A stretch of 59,532 nucleotides of DNA, the filler included, from Platydemus manokwari (taxonomy: Eukaryota), in NCBI GenBank assembly GCA_037951405.1. It is 5 parts of 5 records of this genome, joined end to end, with 100 filler letters (N's around TTAATTAATTAA, not from the genome) between each part and the next. Parts side by side here need not be neighbours in the genome. Positions count along the whole stretch, not along the records: positions 1 to 17,911 come from JBBMOY010666652.1; 4 more parts are not named here. One strand, written 5' to 3'. Within the stretch, counting starts at the first letter, position 1. The number at the start of each line of letters is the position of its first letter. The position numbers and the translations under genes are program-made. This document shows positions 1 to 14,601 of this stretch, in pieces. The notes beneath the pieces are model-generated. The model searched no databases. It saw only the letters and a list, made by a program, of their open reading frames with translations, and was not told the DNA's origin.

Positions 1-3000
1 TTTTGACCCAAGACAGTTTATAAATCTTTTTAATTTTAGTCTTATTCCACAATAAGATCTAAATTCTTATTATTTTCTACTTTATTTCTCATTAATGACG
101 TTTTTTAGGATTTTCTCGATTATTTACAATATTTTTGATTGATCTCTTGTATCATTTCTATTAAATTCCTTAAATTATTAAAATACTTTATAATGTTGAA
201 GCTATATAAAGCCACTAGGATCTCTAACTCTTAAAATAATAATCGATATGATGAACAGCCGAATAAAACACAATTATAAGTAAGTATATTGATTCACAAG
301 TCGAGATCAAAGCATTTATGAGTTTAAAAGTTTTGGCAAACAAATTTCCAAAAATAACAACAAATCACAAGAGAGTGTTCAGTACCTGAAAGATGAATAC
401 AAAGTTTAAATAATCTGCTTTTATCCAAAGAAACTGATGAATTTTATAGAGTTTATTCATTTTATAATGTGATAATTTAGATTTACATTTGTGGCCATTG
501 CACTTGATCTTGACTCAGATATTTAGTTTGATAATTTGTGGCATCTATTTCCAATTTGTTAACTTCGGAGCGTGTAGATTTTTGTTAGTTTATATTTACT
601 GATGTTCAAAGAGCTATTAATTCATGGATCTCTTATTGGTCAACTGACAAAGTATATTTAAGCAAAATATTCAAGCGGGTTGATTCAAAACATTTTTAAT
701 AAATTTATTTAAAAAGCATCTGTGATATTTTTACAAATAATCAAAGGTCGTGATCAATATCATTGGAACAGACTTAAAAAGGATAGAAAAACAGTTTTAA
801 TAGACACTTGTGTCAGCAACCAATCAGAGCACTTCAAATCAATACTCTGTGATTGAATTATGATTTTCAATTGGTGCATACCTACAGAAAACTACTGATA
901 CAAAAATGTATAAACGACATATAAAAGATTGAAGAAAAACTGCCAATCAAATTCATGGACAAGTTTTCTAACGCTATTGCCAAATGGAAAATAACAATGT
1001 GAAATAACGCACACATACAATCAATAAAAATAGTTGACTAACAAGTATGTTATGGTCATTTACTCTCATTGTGGTTATCTTATTGAGAACTTTTACATAG
1101 GTTACTGTTGGTGGTTTAAGCTATTTATTTTCATGTGAGTTAATAAACTAGCCATTTCATATTGGAATCAAATTGTCTGATTATTTGATCTAACAAGAGT
1201 AATTTTATTAAATTAATATTTAAAATATTAAGGAAGCACTTCAAAAATTCTTGTCTTATTCAAACTCGAAAATCCCTGAAAATGGGAAATGATTCACATT
1301 TAGTTGAGCTCAAATATTTTTATTTCAAACATATATTCGATGTCGTTTTTAATCTCGAAAATGCAATCATGGTTATTGATAAATTTTAATGTTAAGAACT
1401 TGAAATTGAAATGTTTTATAATAAGTTTTATATTTTATAAAAATTATATTATCTATTAAGTATTTTCAACCAATAAGCAATTCATTAATACAATACTTAC
1501 TTGTTATTTCCTTTTATTTGGGTTTAAATGATAATACTTTGAGATTCTACTGAAAAATTGGATTTCGCCTGATTTTTTATACTTTCATAACTTTTCTTTG
1601 GACTTTTTCCGATTTTCGTGATAAACGGTGTTTGTTACCTATAAGGATTGTGATTGGATGGAACAACCATCGATTCCATTAAGTAGCCCACATCCATTAT
1701 CAGTAATCTCTCTTTTGTGAACATTCTTATGTATATAGATTTTTGTTTCATATCATCATATCCAAACAATCTGTATCCCATGAATATTGATTTCGATTTT
1801 TAGTCAAATAACATTAAAAGCAGTTTTTATTAATAATCACACAATAACACATTAAGACAAAAAATTTTTTGTCAGAAATGTTTTCAATCATCTTGACCAA
1901 TACGAGCTTAAAATGTTGATTCTGTCGTTGGAGGAATATCCTTGGTAGTATTAAAACTCATAAAAATCTAAATGATTAGGTCATTGTTGTGGTGAAATTG
2001 CTTTCATTAATCTTTGATTTTCAGTCTTTTGACACCAAATCTAATTGTTTTAATCAATGAATTAACGTGTTAAAGAGATAACCTCTAACAAGAAATATAT
2101 TTAAATAATACAAAATAATGAATACTAACAAATTCTTATTAAACATACATTTCTAAATCTCTGAAAATAACCTTAGATACTTTGAGTAAAAATATGGAGA
2201 ATACTTGAAAAAAAAGTAATTTCTGTTTAAATGAAATCAATTATGAGATTTTTTAATCCCATATTATATCAATGAAAGATTATTATCAACTGAGGGGGTA
2301 CAATTCCCCTTCCACCTCTAAAACAGGGTAATTAAATATAAAGCCTTGATTTTATCGATCTTCATGGCATTATTCAACACAGAAAATCTATATTTCTAAT
2401 CAACGATACCACAATAATTATAAATTCTCTTCTCGTCATAACAAACTGCAGTCTACTAAAAATACATTGGAAAAATTACTGTTTTTGATTTTTTGTTTCT
2501 TTCACAGTTGGGTTTTGTAAAATTATTTCAGTCTCGATAACAGATGGCTTCGTTTTAACGTACTCATTAGCAGAGATAACAAAAATTTTTATATCAATTC
2601 ATTATGAAAGCTCAACGGTTATGGAATATTTATTATAATATTAAGAATAGCAATAAATTTTATCGAAAATCCAATCCAGGAATTCCAACCCAATCGTTTG
2701 AAATTCGACATTGAAACAGTGGGAGATGATTTAAACAAAAAAAACATTCCTGAACACAGATGGATCTGTTTTTCTTTGTATTTAACGGCAGAAAATCGGG
2801 TTACAATTCCTCCCTGTGAAATAGCTCGAGCGAAATACGAATAGCATTAGGAAACCAATAAATTTTACATGACTACATTTCATCTACATTTACATTTCTT
2901 TTTGTAGATGTTTCTGGTGGTTATGTTAATTTTTGATAGGCTGCTTTTGAGCACTCATCTTTCTTGAGGACATTATAATAATAATAGAATTTACATGCTA

Positions 3001-3131
3001 TTTCCCAGTCAGCTGATTGTCGTCGCTTATCGGATTTGTGGATTACTTCAATTTTCTTCTCCTTGCTGTTTTATAAGCGAGAATAATGGAATATTATATT
3101 TCACTATTCGAATTTCCTTTCCTGTCAACTC

Positions 3132-4004
3132 ATGAATGACTGTAAATCTTTAAGGGTTTTGTTTCTCGGAGCAGGAAAAACTGGTAAAACGAGTATAATA
3201 AAACGATTTCTGACAAATGTATTCGATGATGTTTACCATCCAACAGTCGAAGATATTTTCCGAAGGGAATTCTTGGTGAGAAGATGCATTATTGATATCG
3301 AAATGCTGGATACTGGGGGGTTTTATAATTTCACTGGTATGAGAAAAATCTATATCAAAACATCTGTGGCATTTGTGTTGGTGTTTTCACAGGATTCTCA
3401 TTTGAGTTTTGAGATGTGTACGAACTTGTTTAATGAACTCAAACAGGAGAGAGGCGATGAATTATTTTCAATTCCGATTGTTATAGTGTGTAATAAATCC
3501 GATACTGTCAAAACGGAGATCGGTGAAGTGGAAATCATGGATTGGCTCATCAAATCCCAATTGAAACCGTCGCAATTCGTCTATTGTTCAGCGAAAAACA
3601 ATGACAACATTGTCGATGTTTTTGAGAGTTTGTGGATTCAGAATTTCAACAGCGAAAATCCATTAATGTTTATCGATTTAGGATCGGATAAAAAACCACC
3701 CCGACGATTTAGTTCCAGTGAAATGAATAAATTGTTTTTCTGTTCCACTTCGAAAACCACTCAAAACGATCCATTCACATCGGAAATGTCAGTGATTAAT
3801 ATTCCTCTTCCGTGTAAGAACGACGATTCTTGTTGGACCCATTCACCAGTCAAATCATTAGATAACCACTTGATATCTTGTACACCAAATGAATCCAAAA
3901 CATCAAACAACCTGTTCCGAACCACGGATAAATTGAAACGCCATTCAACTAAAAGCAAAAGAAAGCATCGGAATCAAGTCAAGCTTAATTGCATAATTTC
4001 GTGA
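3132..4004 (+). CDS. Ras-family small GTPase, RASD (Dexras1/Rhes) or Di-Ras-like, single coding exon
   Basis: 290-aa ORF with G1 GAGKTGKTS, effector YHPTVED, G3 DTGG, G4 NKSD, G5 SAK, a long C-terminal extension, a polybasic tract (KLKRHSTKSKRKHR) and CaaX CIIS (RASD1 ends CVIS). Confidence 0.9.
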   Translation: MNDCKSLRVLFLGAGKTGKTSIIKRFLTNVFDDVYHPTVEDIFRREFLVRRCIIDIEMLDTGGFYNFTGMRKIYIKTSVAFVLVFSQDSHLSFEMCTNLFNELKQERGDELFSIPIVIVCNKSDTVKTEIGEVEIMDWLIKSQLKPSQFVYCSAKNNDNIVDVFESLWIQNFNSENPLMFIDLGSDKKPPRRFSSSEMNKLFFCSTSKTTQNDPFTSEMSVINIPLPCKNDDSCWTHSPVKSLDNHLISCTPNESKTSNNLFRTTDKLKRHSTKSKRKHRNQVKLNCIIS

Positions 4005-4757
4005 CCATTATTTTTGTCTTTATCTGTTTATGAGAATTAAATATAAGATTTATTTACTATCGATCATTTATATATTTCATTTAAATTATCTATAATCGAT
4101 TAATGATGTTTGGAGTTTGGGAAATTTAATTTATGAATGTTCGTTTTACTATCCTATTTCTTTCGATTACCGAAATGATATTACAAATGTTCTCGTTTGA
4201 AAAGCAATAAATGATCTGTTAAAAATGCTCTTAAGACTGCAAATTAATTAATATTAGTGTTTGAAAATAAATCAATTACTAGGATAAAAATTAGGTCAAA
4301 ATAGATGGGAATATCAATTACTTCGTTTTTCATCAGCAATATTATTGTTAATATTAATATTGTCAATATATTTTTATCATTTTAAAATTTTTCAATAGAA
4401 AAATAAGTTTATTTCTTTGCCTTAATCAAGACTTTTGGATGTCAATATTCACAAATACAATTTTAAAATATTATATTAATTAATATATTATTCTATGATG
4501 GAACACAAAAATTCATATTTGGAATGATTGATTTCCTTAATCAGATCAGGATACTGAGTTGTAGAAGTTCGTTGAAAGAGAAAGAAAAATAGCTTGATTG
4601 AATGCTTCAGTATGTAATAATCATGATTTATTGGGTAATAGTTGATGATCTAGTTTCTCTTTGCCATGGTTTCGTGCCTTAGTTTCTATTTGACACTGAA
4701 AGTTGGTCGGCTCGGTTGATTTCAAGGCTTTCAATAAGCCCGATAGCGCTAGAAATG

Positions 4758-5119
4758 TGTTGAGTAGAGGTGAACATCATACAAAAATACGGTTTTAACA
4801 TCTTGAAACCCTTGTTTCCTATGTTTAACATACATGCCTGCACGACCATACAGACATAGCAACGTACCAATTAGAGACGACGCAAGTTGAAGACTCCACT
4901 TCTTTGAAGAACATAACCATCAAACAATACACACATTGGGACTGAACAATTTCGATTATATTAAATCGATAAGTCCAATTAGATACGTAGAAATGAAATA
5001 TAAAATTGAAATGATGTATGCAAAAAGTCAAACAAACCGTAAGTATAAATAAATATGAAAACCGATTAAGAGTTGTATTTAACTGGGGTTAGTGTTATGG
5101 TATTTTGATAAACCCAACA
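4758..5119 (+). mobile_element. Solo LTR (Gypsy-like, degenerate)
   Basis: Begins TGTTGAG and ends CCCAACA. Flanks are AATG/GATG (near 4-bp TSD). Shares the AAAAxACGG...TTGAAACCCTTG...ACCATACAG...CCAAT block with copies at about 7200 and 59140. Confidence 0.65.
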
Positions 5120-6949
5120 GATGCGGGGAATGAATGGCGGTGGTTTGAATGCAAAGAACAGTATGAATTACAGGTATTTCTATCTTTTATGTCAGAGACT
5201 CGATGCTTGGTGATAGTTTTCTATATTTCCTCAGCGAGAAGAGCAGTATCTCTTACTAGTGTTAATAATTGTCACTCCTAATTTGAAGATCCAAGATATT
5301 AACCATATTGATCAACATACCAATCTAATGGCTGTGCTAGATTCGAACATAGAGTCGGATATTCGACGTCTATAGATTTTTGGGAAGTATTTTGACATGG
5401 TCTTCTGTGATGTCAGTGGTTCAGAGTGATTGATGGTTCTCTTTGTGATCGCCCCAAATAAAACAAGATATCGTGCATAGTATCTTTAGTATTAAAGTTA
5501 CTGGTTACCTTGATTAAATAGGCTCTTGACATTTACTAGTAAAATTCACAGGTTGTGTATTATGCACATTGTAATTTAAAATCGTGTTGAATTTTGATGA
5601 GGTTAGGAACCGACTCATTAAAAATTATTAACAGATCTGTTGACTCATATATGTAGTCAATGAGTGAACATGACTCAAAATTTACTCTACGATTCCTACA
5701 TCTTCTCTGGATGGAGTCTTTTTCGATTGATAAATAATATATTTAACTTACCACAATAAAACGCCAACGATGGTTAATGTTGAAGCCATTATACACTAAA
5801 CGATTGAATCTGAAATCAAGACTTATAAGCTGAGATAATAATTTAATAGATACCCGTCGCTTACATTTATTCAGAATCACATGAATCAGTCCTAAACTGC
5901 ATGAAAATCGTGTATTTGATCTTAAAATAGTCAATTGCTTTGATCATTAAAAGTCACCATGATTTTTATGAATTTTGTGTACGAGAATATTCAAAATTTC
6001 CATTAGAATTACCATTTAGTTGAATCAAATTACTTTGCAATATGAGACCAGAACCTACGATCATCGATGATCAATATATAATATAATATTATTTGATTAT
6101 ATTATAGTATTGGTTGTCTCAATTTCATAATCGAAATAAGCTTAAGACTTAGATAATCTGTGGGCCATTGTATTTATCAAATTCATCCCAATTATCAATA
6201 CATTCGCTTTCTGATCTAGGTATGAGTAACGGATATCAGAATTGTGTGGAGGATACAAAATCCTTCTAAATTATTCCTCAACCAAAAGCTACGTATGATG
6301 GAAATAATTGATCTCTTAAAGATTTTACTATTTGTAGAGAACACTTTTTGATTTTCCTTATTTGAAATGCAAAGTAAAGGTCCGCACCTATTATATTTTA
6401 TATTAGCCATGTATTAACAGAATCTACAATGTTATTTACATTTTTATGAATATTCGGAAGGTCTGATATAGATGACCTAATATCTAATGAGAACTCTCAT
6501 ATCTAATTGATAGAACTCCTCAAGATGATGTTGTTGGATTGATTGCAAGTTGGTTGCGATATCATTGCAGTTATTCTGCTGATATGATAACGAAATAAAC
6601 ACGCATTCCTGATGTTGAGACAGAATTGCACTTTTTCTGTATTATCATTTATCGAGATAAGCAAGGACTCAAATTTTCTTATTGAAGACATCATGACGAT
6701 TTGTATCTGCTTGTTCAACTGCATATGATAGTATATAGAGAAGCGATCTTTCTTCACCGTCAAGTTAATTTGAATCTTCAGAATAACTATATTTAAATGA
6801 TCACTTTCGTTTTAATGCCTATGTTGATATAAATAACAAGATACTTTGTAAATGATTTATTAGTCACAATAATACAACTTTGCCTCCAAAAACAGTCTAA
6901 CACAAATTCTAACATAAACATAACACTGGAAGCTAACATACTGGGCATT

Positions 6950-7252
6950 GACCATCTTGGTCTCATTATTTATATTCGTGTTTTGTGTGTTCGCTTTTAA
7001 TTGATTGTTTTGTTTATTGCATTTTCGTTGGATCCATCGATCATAAGATGTGGGGATTAGTCAATCCCTATGCGTGTCTCCTCGTGTAGTTATGTCTCTC
7101 GTAAAATTATAATTTTTCTGTTTAAGTCATCTGTGATTCGTTGGTTGTCAAGCTTGTATGATTATGTAAGTGTGTCAATGTTTAAATTGTTAAAACAAGG
7201 GTTTCAAGGCGCGAAATCGTTTTTCTTTTTCAGGACTTGTCTTCACTCAACA
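6950..7252 (-). mobile_element. Truncated LTR of the same family
   Basis: Reverse complement starts TGTTGAGTGAAG...AAAAACGATTTCGCGCCTTGAAACCCTTGTTT, homologous to 4758-4830. The 3' end is not recognisable. Confidence 0.55.
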
Positions 7253-10200
7253 CGTGGTCGAACTTCTCATCAATGTCCACTCGTTTGTGAAGTTCCCACC
7301 ACCTCGATGTTTCAATTCTTGAGTCTTCTTGCATCGTCGGCTCTATTTTGACTACGTCCTTTGGTTCACTCCACCCGACCTTCTAGGGCTTATCCCCCTA
7401 TAAACCACTCCATCCCAGTCTCCGTCATTATCCAATACTATCCTCTTGTTGTTGTTTGGGGTACATGGGCATTTGGGGCTATGTTATTTGAGGTACTTTG
7501 GGTATTTGTAGCACTTTCTCAAGGATCAATGATAACTATTATCCTAGCTTTCCAATTTAATTGACGAAAATAATCGTTCTGGTCTTCAGATTTTCAGATG
7601 ATAACAATAATTCCGTTAATGGCTAATTATGATTATCTATAATAAATTAAACATTATTTTATTTTTATTATATTTTTTACATTGTTATTTGCCATATTAT
7701 TTTATAATAGTTTTATTGATTCATTTTTGATGATTGCTATTTTTAGTTAATTGCTATTATCTAGTAATAGTGTCGACTGTAATTTTTGAAACTAATTTGT
7801 TACAATTATTAAATTTTAGAATCGTCAACTTAATGTTTAACTATTATGTGCCAAAAAATACTAACGATTATTTTTCCAAAATAACGGTGCTTTCTAATTT
7901 CATATAAATTTAGATCAGTATGACGTTATCATTTAACTTTTAATATTGATAATGTGTTGCAGATCAACACCATTTGCTATATATACGGTTTTTGACTCAA
8001 CTATAAAAATCACTATATAATAATAAAAAGTTATAGAAAGTTTACTTAAAATCAATAGCGAATGGCACTATGCATACGAAAACACTGACATGCACCCAAA
8101 TGTCGGCTTAATGTTAGTTGATATTTCTTCAGTATATTGTGTTTGAAATTAATGATTTCATTTCGTTTATTGATGTAAATTATTGAACACAAAAATTGCT
8201 AATTGAACGATATAGCTTACAAATATTACACTCAGGACTTTAATTATTGCGAATATGGGGCCTTGAATGACTTAAAAATTTTATAACAATACAGGATTTA
8301 TTGTTTATAAATTTACTGGACTACAGCTTTAAAGGAATTAATGATACTTCTGAAGATCTGATTTTTGTGATGACTGGTTGACGTCATCTGCGCTGCAACT
8401 ATTACTTAATTCTATCTGAATTCTAACAAATTCACAAATGAAATTTACAAAGTAGACAATCACACAAATTCATTCAAAATTTCATTCAATCTAAAAATTT
8501 CTTTCCATTTTTCCATAAACCAAATTCAATAAAAATAGACTTCTTAGTGATCTCAGTTATTACTTCTTACCTATCAATCAAGCTGTTTATTAACCAAATC
8601 AAACAAATCCTGTTGTGAAATATTAATTCAACTCAATTTCCAATTAATCAAGTAATCTCTAAAACATAAACTTTGGAATTAATATCAGTGAAGAACTTTC
8701 AGTCTTCAGTTAATATTGAATAAAGTCCACTTCTTCAAACACAATCTCATTGAGATGAACACTGAATCCATTCATGAATTGTTTAGTTCTATACTGCCTA
8801 CAGTATATCAGAAATTAAAAGTCAAATTATCGATCAACCCATTAAAAAAATATTATAAAACAGCTCAAGTATTCAATGTCAGTATAACAAAGCAATTAAC
8901 TTAATCACAATAAGCTGATGTTATTTAACTATTGATAAAATAAATGTCAAATATAAATTATCTTTCAATTATCTGACATATTAATACTGATAATTTTGTG
9001 TTGCTTGAAAAATAATATTGGCTATTAAATCTATTTTTTCAATTTTACGTACCAATCATATGTGTGATTTATGATGCATTTAATATTGAATAAATCCGAT
9101 AGATTACAGTTATATTTATAAACTAACATTGTATTTCAATTATGATTAACTTGACCAATACTAATAAATGACAATCAAAGCATACATATATAAATCAGGC
9201 TAAAGTGAAATTGATCACATTAGACTAAAATAACATAGAAAGAAATAAACAGCAAAATAAATAATAAGAATATAAGTAAATAATAGAATATAAAAAGTTC
9301 AAATTAATAGAAAAATAAACGAGATTAAATAAATGTATTATATAATCATTTAACAGAGACAGTAAAACACAACAAAGCATTTTGCCAATATATTTCAACC
9401 CAGAAAAATCAATCGCGTTAAAATAATTCAATCTAAATAATTGGAACTGAAATACTGGTTTAAAATCTCGGAAATTGTAAACAATGTATTAAATAAAAAA
9501 AATAGCCAACTGGTCCAATAGCAAAAAATTATTTTTCGCAACCCTAATATCATTGAATAGAAAATGTTTATATTTTACTTTCGGGCCTCATAAGTTTTAT
9601 TGTTTTATAAATCTTATTTCTATTTGATATCGCTATTGTCTTGATCAGTCTCGATGAGTTCTTAATTAATGGCACAGGTGTAATGAACCTTTTCATAGCA
9701 ATATTTCCACATCGTGCAACTTTATTGTATGAAGACAATAGGTGTGACAGTAGTGATATATCTTATCTATCAGTCTCCGATTTTTCACCTTATCTTAATT
9801 CCTAAACTGGCTTACACCAATGATAACGAACTATGATACGTATTTAATCAATAACATGGCTTGTTACTACATAGGTTTATTATTAAATAACAATGACAAA
9901 ATAGTAAAATAAAAATTACAGGCTGATTGTAAAGCTACACTATACATTAAACTTCACAACGAACTTAAACAATTACTGGATTAAGTTATGGTTAATGAAT
10001 TCCTTCACTTTTGGATGTTTGAAGCAAAGCTAGATATTACGAGATAAGCGACGTATAATTTGATCAGTATTTTACAAAAATGTATCTTACTGTAAGGTTT
10101 TCCAGTAAAATACTGGGCATATTTGGAATTCTAATTTCCGACGCAGAATGATCTTTTTCTCCTCTGGATCTCAATACCAGTGTTATGTATTATCGCGTTT

Positions 10201-13200
10201 CTCTATTCTAAACCGTAACCTAAAATCCTATGTAACAATTGTTCCTTAGATTTTTCCGTAAATGTGTATTTTGTAATCATGGTTACTACCTTATATTGAT
10301 GGCGATAAGTCCCTCGTAAAAATTCCATATGATTATCATTTAATGCCATACATTTTTATTTCCATGCTGAAATTTATTATCTAGGAGAAAAATTATCTAC
10401 GATTAAATTTAATCCCCTGGAATATTTTTATTCAATACCCTAATTTGTTCTCCGCGATATTAAATGGGAATTTATTTGTCTGTGTTATTGATCCATTGAC
10501 TGAATTCTACTTACAAACTAGTTAAAATAGCATTAAAATCATAGCAGTATAATATTCACATATTTGAAATGTGCTCCCATCTCTACTCTCATCTCGTATT
10601 GGTAATAGCATTGGTTATCAACCCATACTGTGTGCTAATAGCTATTTTCATTGCTAACAATGTTATTATTTTTGTGTAATTTATATTAAAATTTACATAT
10701 TTTATTATTTATTGTCTTTAATTTTACAGATTATTATTTAAATTTTATTTGCCAAATATTATATCGTTGGTGCAAGGTTATAAATACCTAAGTGATACAC
10801 ACATAATCTCAAGTGTTTACAATTTAAGGATCGAGTTTTTGTTTTTATACCTATTCTTAACGTTATCCAACTCAAACGTCATACCGTGTTGGGACAAACT
10901 ATCGGAACAAACTACTGATATAACAATAAGTTTTGTGACAAAATTCGGAAAATATCTCAATCATTATTTAATAAAAACTACTAATGGAGATTATTAATAT
11001 GTTCAATTTGATAATTTATTGATTCAGAAAATTAATATAAAGAGCGGGTCATTTTACAGCACCAAATAATAAAAATATTTCCCGAACATCCTCACATTGT
11101 CCAGAATTAATCACAAAAGATTTGATCGAATTAAATTTCCTTTATTGTTAAAATCATTATTCAAATTTTCAAATTTATTCACATCAACCAAATGTGATAT
11201 CAGTACTTGTTGTTAATTCCCAATTAAGAAATCAAAATCGAAATCTCTTCGATAAAAATAAGTCAAGTACGAGCACTAGTACACACCGATTAATACAGTG
11301 GCTACGTAACTGTAATTAACACTCAACTTCAAATAAATTTTACGACACGAATTCTCCTTCATCATATTAGGTTTCAATCGTGTAGGAAAGGTTTTTGTAA
11401 TTATTAAATATAAATATTTTAAACTATTAAAAGGTGAATAATGTTTATCTATGACTGTTACGGTCTGATAATGGTCAAACAATTCATTCTCTTAGTAATT
11501 GGACAGATACTAGCTTCTGGAAATATCAAGACTGGCTTCAGCGACAATGGATTTTGTAATAATTTGAACGATTGGTTTGTGCTTATATTCTGGCTAATTG
11601 GCTATTGGTCAACAAGAAAAATAATTTGGATTATTATTTTATTTGTCGTCAAATTTTGTTAAACACAATTACATTTTATTTATTTTCCTGATTAAACAGT
11701 GGGATAATATTTTAAGTCTATTTATTAAATTTACTAAGGAAGAATTTATTTTATTGTTCTTATTTGTTAAGGAATATTTTATTTTAATGATTTTATTTCC
11801 TATCACAGTGGTTTTCTTTAAAGGTTGTTACAATAAAAGTATAAATTGTTAATGAAAATAACGACAATAAAATTGTCCAATTTTTTCCATCAACATAAAT
11901 TATTATTAGACATTGTTATATTTATTTTAATACGTCACTAAAAAATTTCACCAAATCGTTATTATTTACACTATGATGTCATCACCATGAATGAATGTTG
12001 GTTAGTAGATTATTAGGGGTTTATTAGTCCCGAATCTCTAAACAAGTTTATTACTAAAAATCAAAATGAAATACTATTTATTGTTTTAAAGGTTCATCTA
12101 TAGAGAAGGAAAGGCGAACGAGTTATCGTAAAGGTAGTAATTGTTGTGGTAAATTTTGATTATAATTACATTTTATTGAAATCAAATATTTCGTTCTAAG
12201 ACTAGCCTTTTGGAGTTAAGTTAAACTTATTGATTTATTTTTTTGTCGATTGAAGTTGTTGGTTATTATGTCATGAAAATTCAACTCCTAAGATATATTC
12301 AAAGAATAAAAATTAAATCAATATAAATATTTATTTGATGAAATTAGGTTCATATATTGATCTCGAGCTATATAATTGAAATTACAAAAATAGACTGCTA
12401 TGCACACTTTTACGTAATCACAAAAATCCAAGAACATTCATTATACATTACTTAATCTAATTGATTAGCATACTAATCGAGTTATCGATCATTTAAAGAA
12501 ATCACATGAGATGTCTAATTCAATTTGCAAGCTGAATTTCTCTATATCGATTATATTTCACTCTGTCCTCTGCTTATCATTGAATTCATTTAATAAGTTC
12601 CATTTGTTAAAAAGAACAATTCACGTTCTAACGCTATGCAAGAATTTTTAAATTATAATGATCAAAAACAATGTAAAAATAAAACCATTGAGAAGGATAT
12701 GTATTCAAATAATCGATCGAGAAGACAAGTAGTATTTGTATTTCATAAATACAATGTTTTTTTAGTTTTTATAATAGATAGACGCGAAATCTACGTGAGC
12801 ATAAAAATGGCGAATCACCAATACAAATTCTGAAGAGAAAGAGAAATAAAAATGACGAACACTAGAAAATGATTTTTAATCAATAATATATTTGTACAAT
12901 ATCATTAGAAAGTGCAAATCATAAACCAAAAGAAATACGAGTCAAAATTATCAAAAAAAAATTGAATTCGTTGTAAGAATGAATATTAAAACAACGAAAA
13001 TGTGGATAAATTTTCACCAATCACAATTGATTACGAGACCGATATTATCAGATTTTTAAAAAAAAACGTTTCAAATCAAAACAACAACAACCACCACAAT
13101 TACACACAAAAATCAAATTATTAACAAAATGAATATAAATCAATAAAATAAACAAAAAAATCAAGTCAACAAGTTAGATATGCAACGCTTTACTAATAAT

Positions 13201-13336
13201 TTACAAGAGCAATAAGTTGATATAATATCTAGATAATGTCACCATGATATGCTATCTGATTGGCTGCCCCTATTAGTATGGTTTGAGTATGGATAATAAT
13301 AATATTCATTATTATAATATATATCTCTTCAATGAT

Positions 13337-13695
13337 TCAATTCTTAATTCCAACAGACAGTCCAATAATCAAAGCGATAACAGCCAACACACCAATTACG
13401 ATTCCAATAATACACAATTTCTTCCTCATTGCCGATCTCTTGTAAGTGACAGCTTTGTCCAATTCTTTATCTGCCAAATCCACTTTCACATAGGCATCTT
13501 CGACATTCATTTCTATTCGATCCACCATTTCCCCTTGCTCATAAACCATGTTATTCAATTTCAAGAACATATCTTCCAATTGAATGACGTCTTTGGTGAG
13601 TTTTTCCATTTGTTTTTGTTCTTCAATCGCCATTTTCATTTCAGTATCATTAATGGCCATTTGTTCACTGTGACGCATGGTGTTTTCATCGAAAT
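13337..13695 (-). CDS. Syntaxin (Qa-SNARE): terminal exon encoding SNARE motif and C-terminal transmembrane anchor
   Basis: Translation ...LEDMFLKLNNMVYEQGEMVDRIEMNVEDA...KAVTYKRSAMRKKLCIIGIVIGVLAVIALIIGLSVG has the Qa zero-layer Q (EQG), the DRIExNV motif, a basic linker and a TM helix. The frame stays open upstream of the ATG to an AG at 13696-13697 (phase 1, xFDENTMRH). An in-frame TGA lies just beyond. Confidence 0.9.
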
Positions 13696-13749
13696 CTATT
13701 TTTCAAATATTTGTCATAAATCGATTAAATAAATCAATAATAATTAACA

Positions 13750-13904
13750 AAATTTTGCGATGTTGTCCTAGCTGGTGGTGGACAATTGAAATGTTATTGA
13801 AATTCTTGGCAAGCTTTGGCACTACTCTGGTACACTATTGCATGGCTAACTATAAACACTTTATCCTCAAGCGGAAATTTAACATCGCCAGCTGCTTCCG
13901 CCAT
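13750..13904 (-). pseudogene. Tc1/mariner-type transposase N-terminal HTH (DUF4817-like) fragment
   Basis: MAEAAGDVKFPLEDKVFIVSHAIVYQSSAKACQEFQ*HFNCPPPARTT matches the E(R/K)VFIV...FxxxFNxPxPxRxT pattern of DUF4817. One in-frame stop, then truncated. Confidence 0.65.
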
Positions 13905-14601
13905 ATTGTAATAATGCAGATGATTAATAAGAAATTAGAAATAAAGTACATTAATCAGTGAATAATAATTAATATCAATAAGTATAAATATGTGAGTATA
14001 AATGATATTATGTTTCGTTGTTTTATTTTAGTTTTAGAGACGGAGGTTTATGAATCGCACGGTCTATTGCCAGATCGTATCTTAAATTTCAAAGCTTGCT
14101 TTTAAATCCAATTTCAGAAACATCATCATTGATCGTGCGTTTCATTTCAACTACCAAATATTATTCGATCAATATACAGGGCAAATGAACGAATTCAGTT
14201 GATCATATTTCTTATAATATTATCAACTATTTGACATATCCCGTTTATCAGATAATATTTTATTCAATAAACCCAATCAACCGTGTAAAAATGTGTCATG
14301 TTTCGAAATTTTTGAACATTAAAGTTGACATTTTATTTCCATAATTAAGAAATCCAATCAATTTTTATTTGCTTAACTCCACTAATAGCAATTTTGGAAA
14401 TTAATTTTCCTATTTGTATAAATAATATCAAATTGTATTGAGTTAAAATGGAACAGTCTAGATTTCAAGATCAACGATAAAGGAGTATTTCTTTATACGA
14501 TTAGTAGACTAGTTAATGAGATTGATTGAGTTATCGGTTTGTTGCTTTCGACGAAACATCAGGTCGCTTTGTGAGAATGTATTGATCATCGGACTACTAA
14601 C

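Noticed and set aside
13283-13732. 149-aa plus-strand ORF
   Set aside because: Antisense shadow of the syntaxin exon, with no recognisable motif.
14543-14567. Hammerhead-like CTGATG...GAAA on the minus strand (similar partial at ~53028)
   Set aside because: Core is CTGATGT rather than CTGATGA, and I could not build stems I-III.
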